This document shows, in pieces, positions 20,761-30,257 of a stretch of 64,000 nt of DNA. Source of the stretch: an uncultured Eubacteriales bacterium (GTDB lineage Bacteria > Bacillota > Clostridia > Oscillospirales > Acutalibacteraceae); the NCBI GenBank assembly GCA_900316435.1, contig ONCY01000001.1, positions 16,358-80,357 on the forward strand. The letters are read 5' to 3'. The position numbers and the translations under genes were made by a program. The notes below the pieces were generated by a model, which saw only the letters and a program-made list of their open reading frames with translations, had not been told where the DNA came from and did not search any database. Within the stretch, counting starts at the first letter, position 1; every line of letters begins with the position of its first letter.

Positions 20761-20979
20761 CCGCCACGCGGCAGGAAGCGCGCCTTTGTAAAGAATGGTA
20801 TAGCAAAAACGTTTCTGCAACGGCGCGTCATAACGCGGGAATAACGTTAACCTTTTTTACAAACGTCTGATTCGCGTACTGGGTCAAGCGTCACGCTTGC
20901 GCGTACTGGATCAAGCGTCACGCTTGCGCGTACTGAAGCGTCACGCTTGCGCGTACTGTCCGCCGCGTCACGCGACCAC
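20760..20979 (+). repeat. MITE/REP-like element, copy 2, with ~3 tandem 27-bp units at its right end
   Basis: Starts GCCGCCACGCGGCAGGAAGCGCGCCTTTG; tandem CGCGTACTGGRTCAAGCGTCACGCTTG (third unit shortened). Confidence 0.85.
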
Positions 20980-21008
20980 CAACTATTTATCACTAATCGG
21001 TGACTTAT

Positions 21009-22517
21009 ATGAAACATTATGCAGATGAAAAAAACAGCAAAAGCGAGCCCCGCTACAGCGCTAAATCCACGGGCGGCAAGCGTTATGCCACGCCCGAAAA
21101 CAGGTCGCGCTATGAGGGCAAGCACAACCGCGACCGCTTTGAGAAAAAGCCCTCGGAGCTGAGAATAAAAAAACACGTGCAGAGCGACAGCGACGCTACG
21201 AAAATATATCCCGTCAAAAAGGCGGACGTCGCAAAGCTTGAAAAGAAAAGCGCTAAGCGCCCTCGCACCGATGTTCCCGCAACTCCTACGGCTCCCATGC
21301 CTAAGATGAAGCTGGGCTACGCGCCCGCGTTCCTGTTTGCGGGCTTTATTCTGGTGATGATGGGCTGGTTTATCTTCAACACCGTCAGCTACTTCTCAAA
21401 CGGAACCCAAAACGAGTACAGCCCATCGGAAAAGCGTATCCTTGCGGATTTTCCTAAGGTGTTAAGCGATGATTCCGACAGCAAAAGCTTCGGCGAGAAC
21501 TTCGTCGACGGCTACAAAACCGTTGCGAGCGGCGAGTTCGGCAAGGGCTTTGAGACCTTCTTTGCCGACCATTTCCCCGACAGAAAGCTCTGGGTCGGCA
21601 CCAATGCCTACGCAACACTTTTTGAAGGCAACAACGGCGCAAACGGCGTTTACTACTGCGGCGACGGCTACCTCATCAACAAGCCCGTGCCCGAGGACAA
21701 CAAAATCAAGGACAACCTTGAAATGCTTACGGACTTTAAGTCCGACATCGGAAGCACTCCCATGACGGCTATGTTTGTGCCCTCAACGGGCTACATCGTA
21801 TCGGACAAGCTGCCGCTTATCCACAACAGCTACAACGACGACAAGTACCTTGACGACATAAACTCAACCCTTAACGCCGCGAATATCGCCACGGTAGACC
21901 TGCGCGACAGCTTTAAGACCGCCTACAACAACGGCAATCAGCTCTACTACAAGACCGACCACCACTGGACAACTCGCGGTGCTTACACGGCGTATAAGCA
22001 GCTCTGCAATAAGCTTGGAATTGAGCCAACACCCGAGTCCGAGTTTAATATCGAAAAGTACGAGAACTTCTACGGCACAACCTACTCAAAGGGCGGATTC
22101 TGGTTCAATCAGCCAGACACGGTCGAGGTCTGGAACAACCCGAAAAACACCGAAGATAGCATAAGCGTGCTTATCCGCGACGGAAACAAGGAGAAGTCGC
22201 AGAATTCGATGTTCTTCTATGAGCACGATTCTGACGACGACAAGTACCCGATTTTCATTGACGGCAACCACGCCTATACCGAAATCACAAACAAAAACGC
22301 CAAAAACGGCACGATAATTGTCGTGAAGGACAGCTTCAGCCACTGCATGGCTCCGTTCCTCGCGGAGAATTACAAGAAGGTCATCCTTGTAGACATGCGC
22401 TACAATTCGCTCGACATCACCGCGCTTACTCAAAGAGAAAAGCCCGAGCAGGTGCTTGTGCTCTACGGCATTGACAACTTTGCCGAGGACACCGACTTAG
22501 GACACCTTTGGGGCTAA
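21009..22517 (+). CDS. DHHW-family (AlgJ/AlgX-like) membrane-anchored O-acylation partner
   Basis: YYKTDHHWT, KDSF, VDMRY; one TM segment after a basic N-terminal extension; follows MBOAT gene. Confidence 0.88.
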   Translation: MKHYADEKNSKSEPRYSAKSTGGKRYATPENRSRYEGKHNRDRFEKKPSELRIKKHVQSDSDATKIYPVKKADVAKLEKKSAKRPRTDVPATPTAPMPKMKLGYAPAFLFAGFILVMMGWFIFNTVSYFSNGTQNEYSPSEKRILADFPKVLSDDSDSKSFGENFVDGYKTVASGEFGKGFETFFADHFPDRKLWVGTNAYATLFEGNNGANGVYYCGDGYLINKPVPEDNKIKDNLEMLTDFKSDIGSTPMTAMFVPSTGYIVSDKLPLIHNSYNDDKYLDDINSTLNAANIATVDLRDSFKTAYNNGNQLYYKTDHHWTTRGAYTAYKQLCNKLGIEPTPESEFNIEKYENFYGTTYSKGGFWFNQPDTVEVWNNPKNTEDSISVLIRDGNKEKSQNSMFFYEHDSDDDKYPIFIDGNHAYTEITNKNAKNGTIIVVKDSFSHCMAPFLAENYKKVILVDMRYNSLDITALTQREKPEQVLVLYGIDNFAEDTDLGHLWG

Positions 22518-22715
22518 CCGCCACGCGGCAGGAAACGCGCCTTTGCCGCCACGCGGCAGGAAACGCGCCTTTGCCGCCACGCGGCAGGAAGCGCGCCTTT
22601 GGAGAACATCTGCTGACAAATATGTTTCTGCAACGGCGCAATTGAACTCGCGAGAACAGAAGTTTTGATAATTGCAAACATCTGATTCGCGTCATGGGTC
22701 AAGCGTCACGCTTGC
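22518..22715 (+). repeat. MITE/REP-like element, copy 3, with 3 tandem 28-bp units at its left end
   Basis: CCGCCACGCGGCAGGAARCGCGCCTTTG x3, then the conserved core. Confidence 0.85.
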
Positions 22716-22725
22716 ACTAATCACT

Positions 22726-22760
22726 AAAAAGGCAGACAGCGTGAAACATCGCTGCCTGCC
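22726..22760 (-). terminator. Terminator of the GH13 gene (possibly bidirectional)
   Basis: Minus strand GGCAGGCAGCG...CGCTGTCTGCC-TTTTT between convergent genes. Confidence 0.65.
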
Positions 22761-22777
22761 ATTATTGTTATACAGAA

Positions 22778-24310
22778 TTAAATTGTATGTATCATCAAAA
22801 AGCTCTGCGGCTGAAGCTTTACCTTGCCTTCTTCAATAATAGCGTCGCCTATTTTATAAACAACGTCGCCGTCGCTGTCGGTCTCGATTTCCGCTTCTTT
22901 ATCGAGCGGATTGAAGAACATCATCAGGCTGCCTCTGCGGTAGGCGAAGGGGATCTCGTCGTCCTTGTAAATGAACTCCAGCTCGCCGTTGCCGTGCAAA
23001 TCGTCGTACTTATGCCTGAGCGCTATCATATCGGTAACAACGCGGTAAATGCTGTCTGGGTCTTCCTTCTGATTCTCAACGGTCGGGGCGTCGTCGCTCA
23101 TATCAACCGGCAAATACGGGAAGTCGCTTGTTGAGAAGCCTAAATTCTTGCCCTCGCACCACTGCATGGGTGTGCGCGAGCCTGTTCTTGAAAAGCCGCC
23201 TTCCTTGCTGATTAGGTCAGCCTGGTAGCGCATTCCGAGCTCGTCGCCGTAATAGAGGAACGGCACGCCCGGCATGGTGAAGATAAACGCGTTTACAAGC
23301 TTAATAGCCTGCTTGTCCAGATAAGCGGTGACGCGCGGCATATCGTGATTGTTTGTCATAAAACTGATATAGCCGTTGTCCTTGGTGCGGTTGTATGCCG
23401 GCAGGTACTCCTCGGCAAAGCCCTTGAGGTCGCCCATGCCGTTTTTGTTGAATACCGCTAAATCGCCCCACTCGCCGAATCGGAACAGCCTGCTGTAGCC
23501 GTTGCCGTAGTGGTCGAGGTAGAAGTCCATATGGAAGCCCGCGTTGGTGATTGCGCGGTCGGGGTTGCACCACTCGCTTACCATAGCTGCCTCGGGGTAC
23601 TCGGCATCGAGCATTTCTCTTACGCCGCGCCAGATTTTGGCTGTGGCGATTTTTTCATCGTCGTTTTTAACAAGCGAATCAGCCATATCAACGCGGAAGC
23701 CGTCGGCGCCCTTGTCAAGCCAGAAGCGCATTACCGCCTTGATAGCCTCGGCGGTGCGCAGACAGTCGGGATGGTCGCAGGGCAGCTGCCATTCGGGGTG
23801 GGTTATCTCGTAAAAGCCGTAGTTGAGCGCGGGCTGAGAGCTGAAATAGTTTACCATGTAGTTTCCGTTGCGCTCGCAGATTCCGCACATCATGCGGTAT
23901 TCGGGCGGAGCGTCCCACACGGTTTTGGTAAAGATGTAGCGGTTTGAAAGCTCGCTTTCCTTGGCGCGCTTGGCAACCTGGAACCACGGGTGGGTGTCGG
24001 AGGTATGACCGGGTACCAAATCCAGCAGGATTTTGATATCCTTTTTGTGAGCCGCCTCAAAAAGCCTCACCAAATCGTCGTTTGTGCCGTAGCGCTCAGC
24101 CACCTTGTAGTAGTCGCGTACGTCGTAGCCCGCGTCCATAAAGGGCGAGTCGTAAACGGGATTCAGCCATATCGCGTTGCAGCCGAGCCCTTTAACATAG
24201 TCAAGCTTTTCGATTATTCCGTTGATGTCGCCGATTCCGTCGCCGTTGGAGTCGTAAAAGCTCTGCGGATAAATTTCATAAAATACTGCGTCATTGAGCC
24301 ATTTTGGCAT
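22778..24310 (-). CDS. GH13 alpha-amylase family glycoside hydrolase (alpha-glucosidase-like)
   Basis: YEIYPQSFYDSNGDGIGD, DLVPGHTS, DGFRVDMA, SEW, NHD, YYGDELGM. Confidence 0.92.
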   Translation of the reverse strand: MPKWLNDAVFYEIYPQSFYDSNGDGIGDINGIIEKLDYVKGLGCNAIWLNPVYDSPFMDAGYDVRDYYKVAERYGTNDDLVRLFEAAHKKDIKILLDLVPGHTSDTHPWFQVAKRAKESELSNRYIFTKTVWDAPPEYRMMCGICERNGNYMVNYFSSQPALNYGFYEITHPEWQLPCDHPDCLRTAEAIKAVMRFWLDKGADGFRVDMADSLVKNDDEKIATAKIWRGVREMLDAEYPEAAMVSEWCNPDRAITNAGFHMDFYLDHYGNGYSRLFRFGEWGDLAVFNKNGMGDLKGFAEEYLPAYNRTKDNGYISFMTNNHDMPRVTAYLDKQAIKLVNAFIFTMPGVPFLYYGDELGMRYQADLISKEGGFSRTGSRTPMQWCEGKNLGFSTSDFPYLPVDMSDDAPTVENQKEDPDSIYRVVTDMIALRHKYDDLHGNGELEFIYKDDEIPFAYRRGSLMMFFNPLDKEAEIETDSDGDVVYKIGDAIIEEGKVKLQPQSFLMIHTI

Positions 24311-24505
24311 AAGGTACACACCCCTCTTTCTAAGATAATTTCAGTATAACATCTTGCTCTGAATTTGGCAATATATTTTCCAGTAAAAATCACTTGCAAA
24401 TTTGCCTTTCGGGGCATAGTATGGTAGTAGCTGGTGGTTAGTTTTTAGAATTTAGTTTTATCAGTAACTCTGCTAATAACTGAAAACTCAAAAAGGGGTG
24501 TACGG

Positions 24506-25057
24506 GTGACAATCAACAGGCTTGACGAGCGGCGGGTGCTGGTGGTACTTGCCGACAGGGACATGAGCGACTTTGCGCTCGACTTTGCCGAAATGGGCAT
24601 GGACAACGCGCACTCACGCCTTATTATAATGCGGCTGACGCGCCTTGCGTGCCAAAAAACAGGTATAGACACCCGCGGAAAACGTCTTAGCGTTGAGGCA
24701 TTAGCGGTCGAAAAAGGCTGCTATCTTCTGGTAACGGTCAAGGTCAGACCACGCCGATACCGCTTGAAAAGCGGCGGAGGGCTTTGCTTTCGCTTTGAGG
24801 GCTGCTCCGAGTTCCTCGGTGCGGTTGAGGCGGCGTATAGGCGAGGCTTTATGTGCACAAAAAACGCCGCCTATCAGCGCGGCGGCGTGTATTTCTTGTT
24901 ATTCGGTTATCCTGCTCTTCCGAAAGCCCTGCGCGGCTTGCTGTGCGAGTTCGGCACGCTCTCGGGAGGCGCCCTGAAATGCGCCCAGGTAAGGGAACAC
25001 GCAAATGAGCTCTGCCCCCGAAAGGCGATTTCGGTTATTGGGGAGAAGATTGTTTAG
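24506..25057 (+). CDS. MecA-like ClpC adaptor protein
   Basis: N-terminal pattern (INRLDERRVLVVL..DM..., LSVEA, C.LLVT) and C-terminal CEFG...EH resemble clostridial MecA. Confidence 0.6.
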   Translation: MTINRLDERRVLVVLADRDMSDFALDFAEMGMDNAHSRLIIMRLTRLACQKTGIDTRGKRLSVEALAVEKGCYLLVTVKVRPRRYRLKSGGGLCFRFEGCSEFLGAVEAAYRRGFMCTKNAAYQRGGVYFLLFGYPALPKALRGLLCEFGTLSGGALKCAQVREHANELCPRKAISVIGEKIV

Positions 25058-25117
25058 CCGTTAGTGGTTAGTGATTAGCGGTTAGCTGTTCTTTAACAAA
25101 ACTCCACACTGAAAAAA

Positions 25118-26221
25118 TTATTTGTTTTTCAACAGCTTTTCCCATTCTTTAATAATGGCGCGGTCGGCGAAGTAGTCTATCCTCATCGCTTTCTGAACCC
25201 TTGCAAGGGTGGCGTTTGTGGTTTCTCTCGCCTTTTGTGTGCCTGCTAACAGGATGTCGTACACGGTTGCGATGTCCTTTTCCCATTTGGCGCGCTCGGC
25301 GCGGATGGGGCTTAAGGTCTCCTCAAGCACCTGAATAAGGAACTTTTTGCACTTGCCGTCGCCCAGTCCGCCGCGGCGGTAATGCTCCTTCATCTCGTCG
25401 AGGGTTTTGTACTCGGGCAGGTACTCGGCGAAGTGGTCGTCGGTGCAAAGCGCGTCAAGGTATGTAAACACAACGTTGCCCTCGGTGTGGCCGGGATCTT
25501 CAATTCTGAGGTGAGTGGGGTCGGTGAACATCTTGCCGTTGACCTGCTGCTTGACTGTCTTGGGCGTGTCGGAAAGGTAAATGCAGTTGCCAAGCGACTT
25601 GCTCATCTTAGCCTTGCCGTCAACTCCGGGCAGGCGGCGCTGGGTCTCGTTTTCGGGGATCATCGCCTTGGGAAGCACAAGCGTGTCGCCGTAAAGACGG
25701 TTGAATTTCTCAACGATCTCGCGTGTCTGCTCAATCATCGGGAGCTGATCCTCGCCTACGGGAACAACCGTAGCGTCAAACGCGGTGATGTCAGCCGCCT
25801 GAGAAACGGGATAAGCAAAGAAGCCCACGGGCAGACCTTCGTCGGCAAAGCCGCGCATCTGAATCTCGCTTTTAACGGTTGGGTTGCGCGCCAGACGCGC
25901 CGTAGTGACGAGGTTCATGTAGTAGAAGGTGAGCGCGTGAAGGGCGGGCAGCGCCGACTGAATGCAGATAGTTGTTTTTTCGGGGTCGAGGCCTACCGAG
26001 AGATAGTCGAGCACGACATTGATGATGTTGTCGCGGATTTTGGCGGGGTTGTCGGCGTTGTCGGTAAGCGCCTGGTCGTCGGCTATGAGTATGTTAATCT
26101 CGTCAAACTTGCCGGAGTTCTGAAGCTCTACGCGCCTTTTCAGCGAGCCTACATAATGACCGAGGTGCAGGCGTCCCGTAGGGCGGTCGCCGGTTAAGAT
26201 GATTTGCTTTTGAGTTTCCAT
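25118..26221 (-). CDS. trpS: Tryptophan--tRNA ligase
   Basis: [33 protein letters not shown]. Confidence 0.97.
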   Translation of the reverse strand: METQKQIILTGDRPTGRLHLGHYVGSLKRRVELQNSGKFDEINILIADDQALTDNADNPAKIRDNIINVVLDYLSVGLDPEKTTICIQSALPALHALTFYYMNLVTTARLARNPTVKSEIQMRGFADEGLPVGFFAYPVSQAADITAFDATVVPVGEDQLPMIEQTREIVEKFNRLYGDTLVLPKAMIPENETQRRLPGVDGKAKMSKSLGNCIYLSDTPKTVKQQVNGKMFTDPTHLRIEDPGHTEGNVVFTYLDALCTDDHFAEYLPEYKTLDEMKEHYRRGGLGDGKCKKFLIQVLEETLSPIRAERAKWEKDIATVYDILLAGTQKARETTNATLARVQKAMRIDYFADRAIIKEWEKLLKNK

Positions 26222-26238
26222 ATTCCTGTCCTCCGTAA

Positions 26239-27420
26239 TTATGAGTTGGCTAATTTTCCGAGAATCTTAATTCCCTTTTCAAGCTGCTCGTCGGTTGGGG
26301 TTGAAAAGTTGATTCTGAAGCTGTGGCATTCCTCGTTTTCGTCGGTGAGGAAGGCGTTGCCGGGCACCACGCAAACCTTGTTGAGCACCGCTTCCTTGCA
26401 GAACACGGGCATATCGACGTCCTTTGGCAGGTCGCACCAGATGAACAGACCGCCGTCGATTTTGTGGTAGGTGATTGCGGGCGCGCAGTATTTGTCGAGC
26501 AGATCCATGCAGAACTGCGCCTTTTTGGTGTAGATGTCGCGCAGCATTTGCAGGTGTGCGTTGAAGTCGTACTTGGTGATGAACTCGTCGCAGATCATCT
26601 GTGACCAGATGTTGGTGTGAACGTCGTTGCCCTGCTTGCAGACAACAAGCTTCTGGAAAATAGGCTTGGGAGCTATGGTATAAGCAACGCGGATACCGGG
26701 CGAGATCACCTTTGAGAACGAGCCCGCGTAAATTACGATTCCGTCCGTATCAAAGCTCTTGATGTTGGGCAGGTTTTCGCCGCTGTAGCGCAGATCGCCG
26801 TAGGGGTTGTCCTCGAGAATAAGCACGCCGTACTTTTTGGCGAGCTCGTAAACCTTTTTGCGCTTTTCAAGGCTCATTGTAACGCCCGAGGGATTCTGGA
26901 AGTTGGGGATAGTGTAAATAAACTTGGCGTTGGGGTTAGCCTTAAGCTTTTCCTCAAGCTCAACGGTGCTCATGCCGTCGGGCTCAACGGTAACGCCAAC
27001 AAGCTTTCCGTTGTAGGCGCGGAAGGTGTTGAGCGAGCCGATGAATGACGGAGCCTCAACGATAACGACATCGCCCTCGTTAACAAGCGCCTTGGTGCAC
27101 AGATCCATTATCTGCTGAGCGCCTGTTGTGATGAGGATATCGTCGTTGTCGCTGCCGGTGTTGTGCTCGCGCTTCATGTATTCGAGCATATGATTGCGCA
27201 GAGGGGTGTAGCCCTCGGTAACGCTGTACTGCAAAACGGAAATGGGGTTTTCGCTTAAAATTCGGGCGGAAATCTCCTGAACCGCCTCAACGGGAAAGGC
27301 GTCGGGCGAAGGATTGCCCGCCGAAAGCGAAACGACCGTAGGGTCGGCGGCGTATTTAAAGATCTCTCTTATTGCGCTGGGCTTAAGATTTGAAACTCTG
27401 TCGGAAAATTTGTACTCCAT
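26239..27420 (-). CDS. PLP-dependent class I/II aminotransferase (LysN/Aro8-like)
   Basis: [34 protein letters not shown]. Confidence 0.92.
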   Translation of the reverse strand: MEYKFSDRVSNLKPSAIREIFKYAADPTVVSLSAGNPSPDAFPVEAVQEISARILSENPISVLQYSVTEGYTPLRNHMLEYMKREHNTGSDNDDILITTGAQQIMDLCTKALVNEGDVVIVEAPSFIGSLNTFRAYNGKLVGVTVEPDGMSTVELEEKLKANPNAKFIYTIPNFQNPSGVTMSLEKRKKVYELAKKYGVLILEDNPYGDLRYSGENLPNIKSFDTDGIVIYAGSFSKVISPGIRVAYTIAPKPIFQKLVVCKQGNDVHTNIWSQMICDEFITKYDFNAHLQMLRDIYTKKAQFCMDLLDKYCAPAITYHKIDGGLFIWCDLPKDVDMPVFCKEAVLNKVCVVPGNAFLTDENEECHSFRINFSTPTDEQLEKGIKILGKLANS

Positions 27421-27458
27421 ATTTATACCTCTGTTTCTTATTAATATATACCTTGTCT

Positions 27459-27487
27459 ATTTTATCACGTTTAGGCGGTATAATCAA
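27459..27487 (-). promoter_or_regulatory. SigA-type promoter for aminotransferase-trpS
   Basis: Minus strand TTGATT-17 bp-TAAAAT with extended TG. Confidence 0.55.
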
Positions 27488-27490
27488 GAG

Positions 27491-27528
27491 AAAAATAAAG
27501 CGGAGCCTGCTAATTACGGCAGACTCCG
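27491..27528 (-). terminator. Terminator after the serpin gene
   Basis: Minus strand CGGAGTCTGC...GCAGGCTCCG-CTTTATTTTT. Confidence 0.65.
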
Positions 27529-27533
27529 ATTTA

Positions 27534-28811
27534 CTATCTGTAAATTCCCATTGTAACGGGCAGGTTGCTTTCGTTGTCGATAAGCAGGAAGATAAACGGC
27601 TTATCAAAGCAAATCGTTTCGTCGGTTTTGACGACGCCGCTTTTTTCTGCCTTGCTTTCTTCTTTTGCGTTGATTCCCGAGCGGCTGAGCTTAAACTCAG
27701 GCTCAACCTCGTACATTTCGCTGAGCGCCGCCGATGAGGTGTAGCTAAGCGCGGAAAGGCTCTTTTTGCCGCCGAACAGAGCTGCCGCTCCGCCTGATTT
27801 TACCGCGCCCGAAAGCGGCTTTGCCGCGCCGCTCTGCTCAATTGTGAATTCGGGGATAACGGCGGTCGCCTTTTTGGTTATGTCAAGGCTGTTTAGCAGG
27901 GCGCTAAGCTCCTTGCAGTCAAAGCCCTTTACATATTCGTCAAAGGCTTTCGGGTCTTTTGGGGCTGCAAGCACAAGCTTAAGCGGATTTTTGGCGGTGT
28001 ATTTAACGATCCCCACCGACTTGTCCGTTTTAAGCGCGCTCTCGTTTGAAGTCAGGAAGGTCTTTTTCCTGTCGCCCGAGCTGCCCTTGAATACTCCCTC
28101 TGTTACGTCGGAATCGGAGTACAAATCAAGCCAGCCGTCCCTTATTTCGGATGCCGAAACCGTGCTCAGCTCGTCGCTCTTTGAAAACTTGATTTCGCTG
28201 TTGTCGGTGTAGTCGTCCAGATAGTCCCTGAGCTTGCTTTCGGCATTTTCGCCGTCGAGGTCGTAGCGGAAAACATCATAGCCGTAAAAGTTGCCGACGG
28301 TGCTTAAAAACGACGTTTTTACCTCAACGCTGTCGTCAACAAACATCGCACCGTCAAGCTTTACTTTTTCCCAATCCGCGCCGCCTGCTTTGCTTACGCT
28401 CTCCATTCTGCTCTTGAAGTAAGAGCAGCAGACGTTCAGCTCGTCGGGCGAGAGTGTTCCGCCGCCTATAGCCTTGGCAATATCGGAGCGGACGTCAAGT
28501 GACGCGGCGTTTGCAAGCATTGAAAGCTGCAAAACCGTTGAGGCAGGGGAGAAGGCGAAGCTCTTTTTACCTGAGCCTAAGCTGCTCAACAGCTTAAGTG
28601 AAAAATCAGCAGCCGAGTTTGCAAAGTCGTTGTAGCTCTCGGGCGGTTCAAGAGCGCCGTCCGAGTAGTTGTATGTGACCGAAATATCCTTGTCACGCGG
28701 GTATTTGGCGGAGATTTTCTCGCTGTCCGAAAAGCCGTCGGAGCTGCCGCATGCTGTCAGCGTAAGAACGCACAAAAGTGCGGCGATTGTTAAAGTCAGC
28801 GCCCGCTTCAT
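27534..28811 (-). CDS. Serpin-family lipoprotein (divergent)
   Basis: LTAC lipobox; FSPAS..LSMLANAA, IPEFTI, FDKPFIFLLID..PVTMG serpin-like motifs. Confidence 0.75.
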   Translation of the reverse strand: MKRALTLTIAALLCVLTLTACGSSDGFSDSEKISAKYPRDKDISVTYNYSDGALEPPESYNDFANSAADFSLKLLSSLGSGKKSFAFSPASTVLQLSMLANAASLDVRSDIAKAIGGGTLSPDELNVCCSYFKSRMESVSKAGGADWEKVKLDGAMFVDDSVEVKTSFLSTVGNFYGYDVFRYDLDGENAESKLRDYLDDYTDNSEIKFSKSDELSTVSASEIRDGWLDLYSDSDVTEGVFKGSSGDRKKTFLTSNESALKTDKSVGIVKYTAKNPLKLVLAAPKDPKAFDEYVKGFDCKELSALLNSLDITKKATAVIPEFTIEQSGAAKPLSGAVKSGGAAALFGGKKSLSALSYTSSAALSEMYEVEPEFKLSRSGINAKEESKAEKSGVVKTDETICFDKPFIFLLIDNESNLPVTMGIYR

Positions 28812-29956
28812 TGCTTCGGTTCAGCGGCGGTCTGCTGCTCGTCGAGCTGACGCGCAAGTTTATACATATCCTCAGCCGCCTTGGGACGCGCCAAGCGAAT
28901 GCAGTTTTCGCGCATTTCGCTGAGCCTTTCGGGCGACTGCAAAAGCTTTATAATCTCCTCGGCGCCCGTCTTTTTGTCAACCGAGATAGCCGCCTTCTGC
29001 TTAAGCAGGAAGTTTACGTTGTACTGCTCCTGACCGGGATAGGCGTTGTAAATAGCCATAGGAAGGTGGCAGGCGAGGCTTTCGGAAATGGTAAGTCCGC
29101 CGGGCTTTGTGACGATAAGGTCGGAAACGTGCATGTAGTCCTCAACGTTGTCAACAAAATAGAGCAGCTTGGTGCGGCTTGCGGCGTTTTCCTCCTCAAC
29201 GGTTTCCTTTAGCTTTTCGTAGAGTTTTTCGTTTTTGCCCGTAATTACTATAAACTGCAGGCTGTCGTCGATTTCGGCAAGCTTTTTGTAGAACTTAAGC
29301 ACGCCCGTTACGCCGAACGAGCCCGCCATAAGCAAAACGGTGGTCTTGTCGGGGTCAAGCCCTTCGCGGCGGCAGATTTCGTCCTTGACGCCGGGCTCCG
29401 AGAACTTTTCAAAGGTGGGTATTCCCAGCGGATAGATAATCGACTCGTCAACGTCGTACTCGTTGATAAGCTTTGGCGCCATCTGCGGCTCGGCGAGCAC
29501 ATACGCGTCAATGTTAGGCGCTATGTATGTGCGGTGCGCATCGTAGTCGGTGATCAGCGCGATAGCCTTTACATCCAAAAGCTTGCCGTGCTTTTTAAGG
29601 CGCGACACCATCGCCGTAATAAACGCGTGGCACATGATAATAACGTCGGGATTGTGCTTTTCAATTTCCTTAAGCAGCTTTTCAGACTGTGCGGAGTTTA
29701 TCTTCATAGTCGCCTTGTAGGCAATGTTCCGGCGGTCGGTGACCTTGTAAAGCCCGCCGTAAAATTTCGGAGCCTTTTTTACCAAAAAGTAGTAGCCCTT
29801 AACCGCCGTGGTGTCGTACACCTTGCCTATAGCGCGAAGTCCGTCGACAACCGTAACCTCAGCCTCGGGATCCAAGCGGTGGATTGTGTCCTCCAATGCG
29901 GCAGCGGCGCGCTTGTGGCCGCCGCCCGTAGAGGCGGAAAATATTAATATTTTCAT
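28808..29956 (-). CDS. UgtP/MGDG-synthase-like diacylglycerol glycosyltransferase (GT28)
   Basis: SASTGGGH, LITDY, GIP, MAGSFG, TKPGGLTISE, PGQE..N. Confidence 0.88.
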   Translation of the reverse strand: MKILIFSASTGGGHKRAAAALEDTIHRLDPEAEVTVVDGLRAIGKVYDTTAVKGYYFLVKKAPKFYGGLYKVTDRRNIAYKATMKINSAQSEKLLKEIEKHNPDVIIMCHAFITAMVSRLKKHGKLLDVKAIALITDYDAHRTYIAPNIDAYVLAEPQMAPKLINEYDVDESIIYPLGIPTFEKFSEPGVKDEICRREGLDPDKTTVLLMAGSFGVTGVLKFYKKLAEIDDSLQFIVITGKNEKLYEKLKETVEEENAASRTKLLYFVDNVEDYMHVSDLIVTKPGGLTISESLACHLPMAIYNAYPGQEQYNVNFLLKQKAAISVDKKTGAEEIIKLLQSPERLSEMRENCIRLARPKAAEDMYKLARQLDEQQTAAEPKQ

Positions 29957-30257
29957 GCAGTATCGCTCCTGAAAAATAATTGTTATTTATTTTATTATAC
30001 AGAAATCTGTCGGATTTTTCAACAGATAATTTTTTATAAATGCCCAGTTTGGTTGTTAGCGGTTAGAGTTGAATGTGAGTAATATGTGAAAAAACGCTTA
30101 TAATATACAAAAATAAAATCAAAGTATTTTGCTAAATTTATGTTTTGCCTCTTTATTTTTACAAAAATATGTAGTAGAATAAGGTAAACAATAATCACAT
30201 TTAAAATATATATCTATGCACTTAAAAGGCTATTATCCTATCAGATTGGGGTGGATT

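Noticed and set aside
22518..22601. 28-bp x3 (and 27-bp units at ~20873-20960) as a CRISPR array
   Set aside because: Units are head-to-tail with no spacers and no cas genes; they are amplified ends of a dispersed element
24390..24425. Sporulation sigma promoters before the MecA-like gene (also before the initiator-like gene, ~18231-18261)
   Set aside because: Only partial matches; -35 element or spacing not convincing
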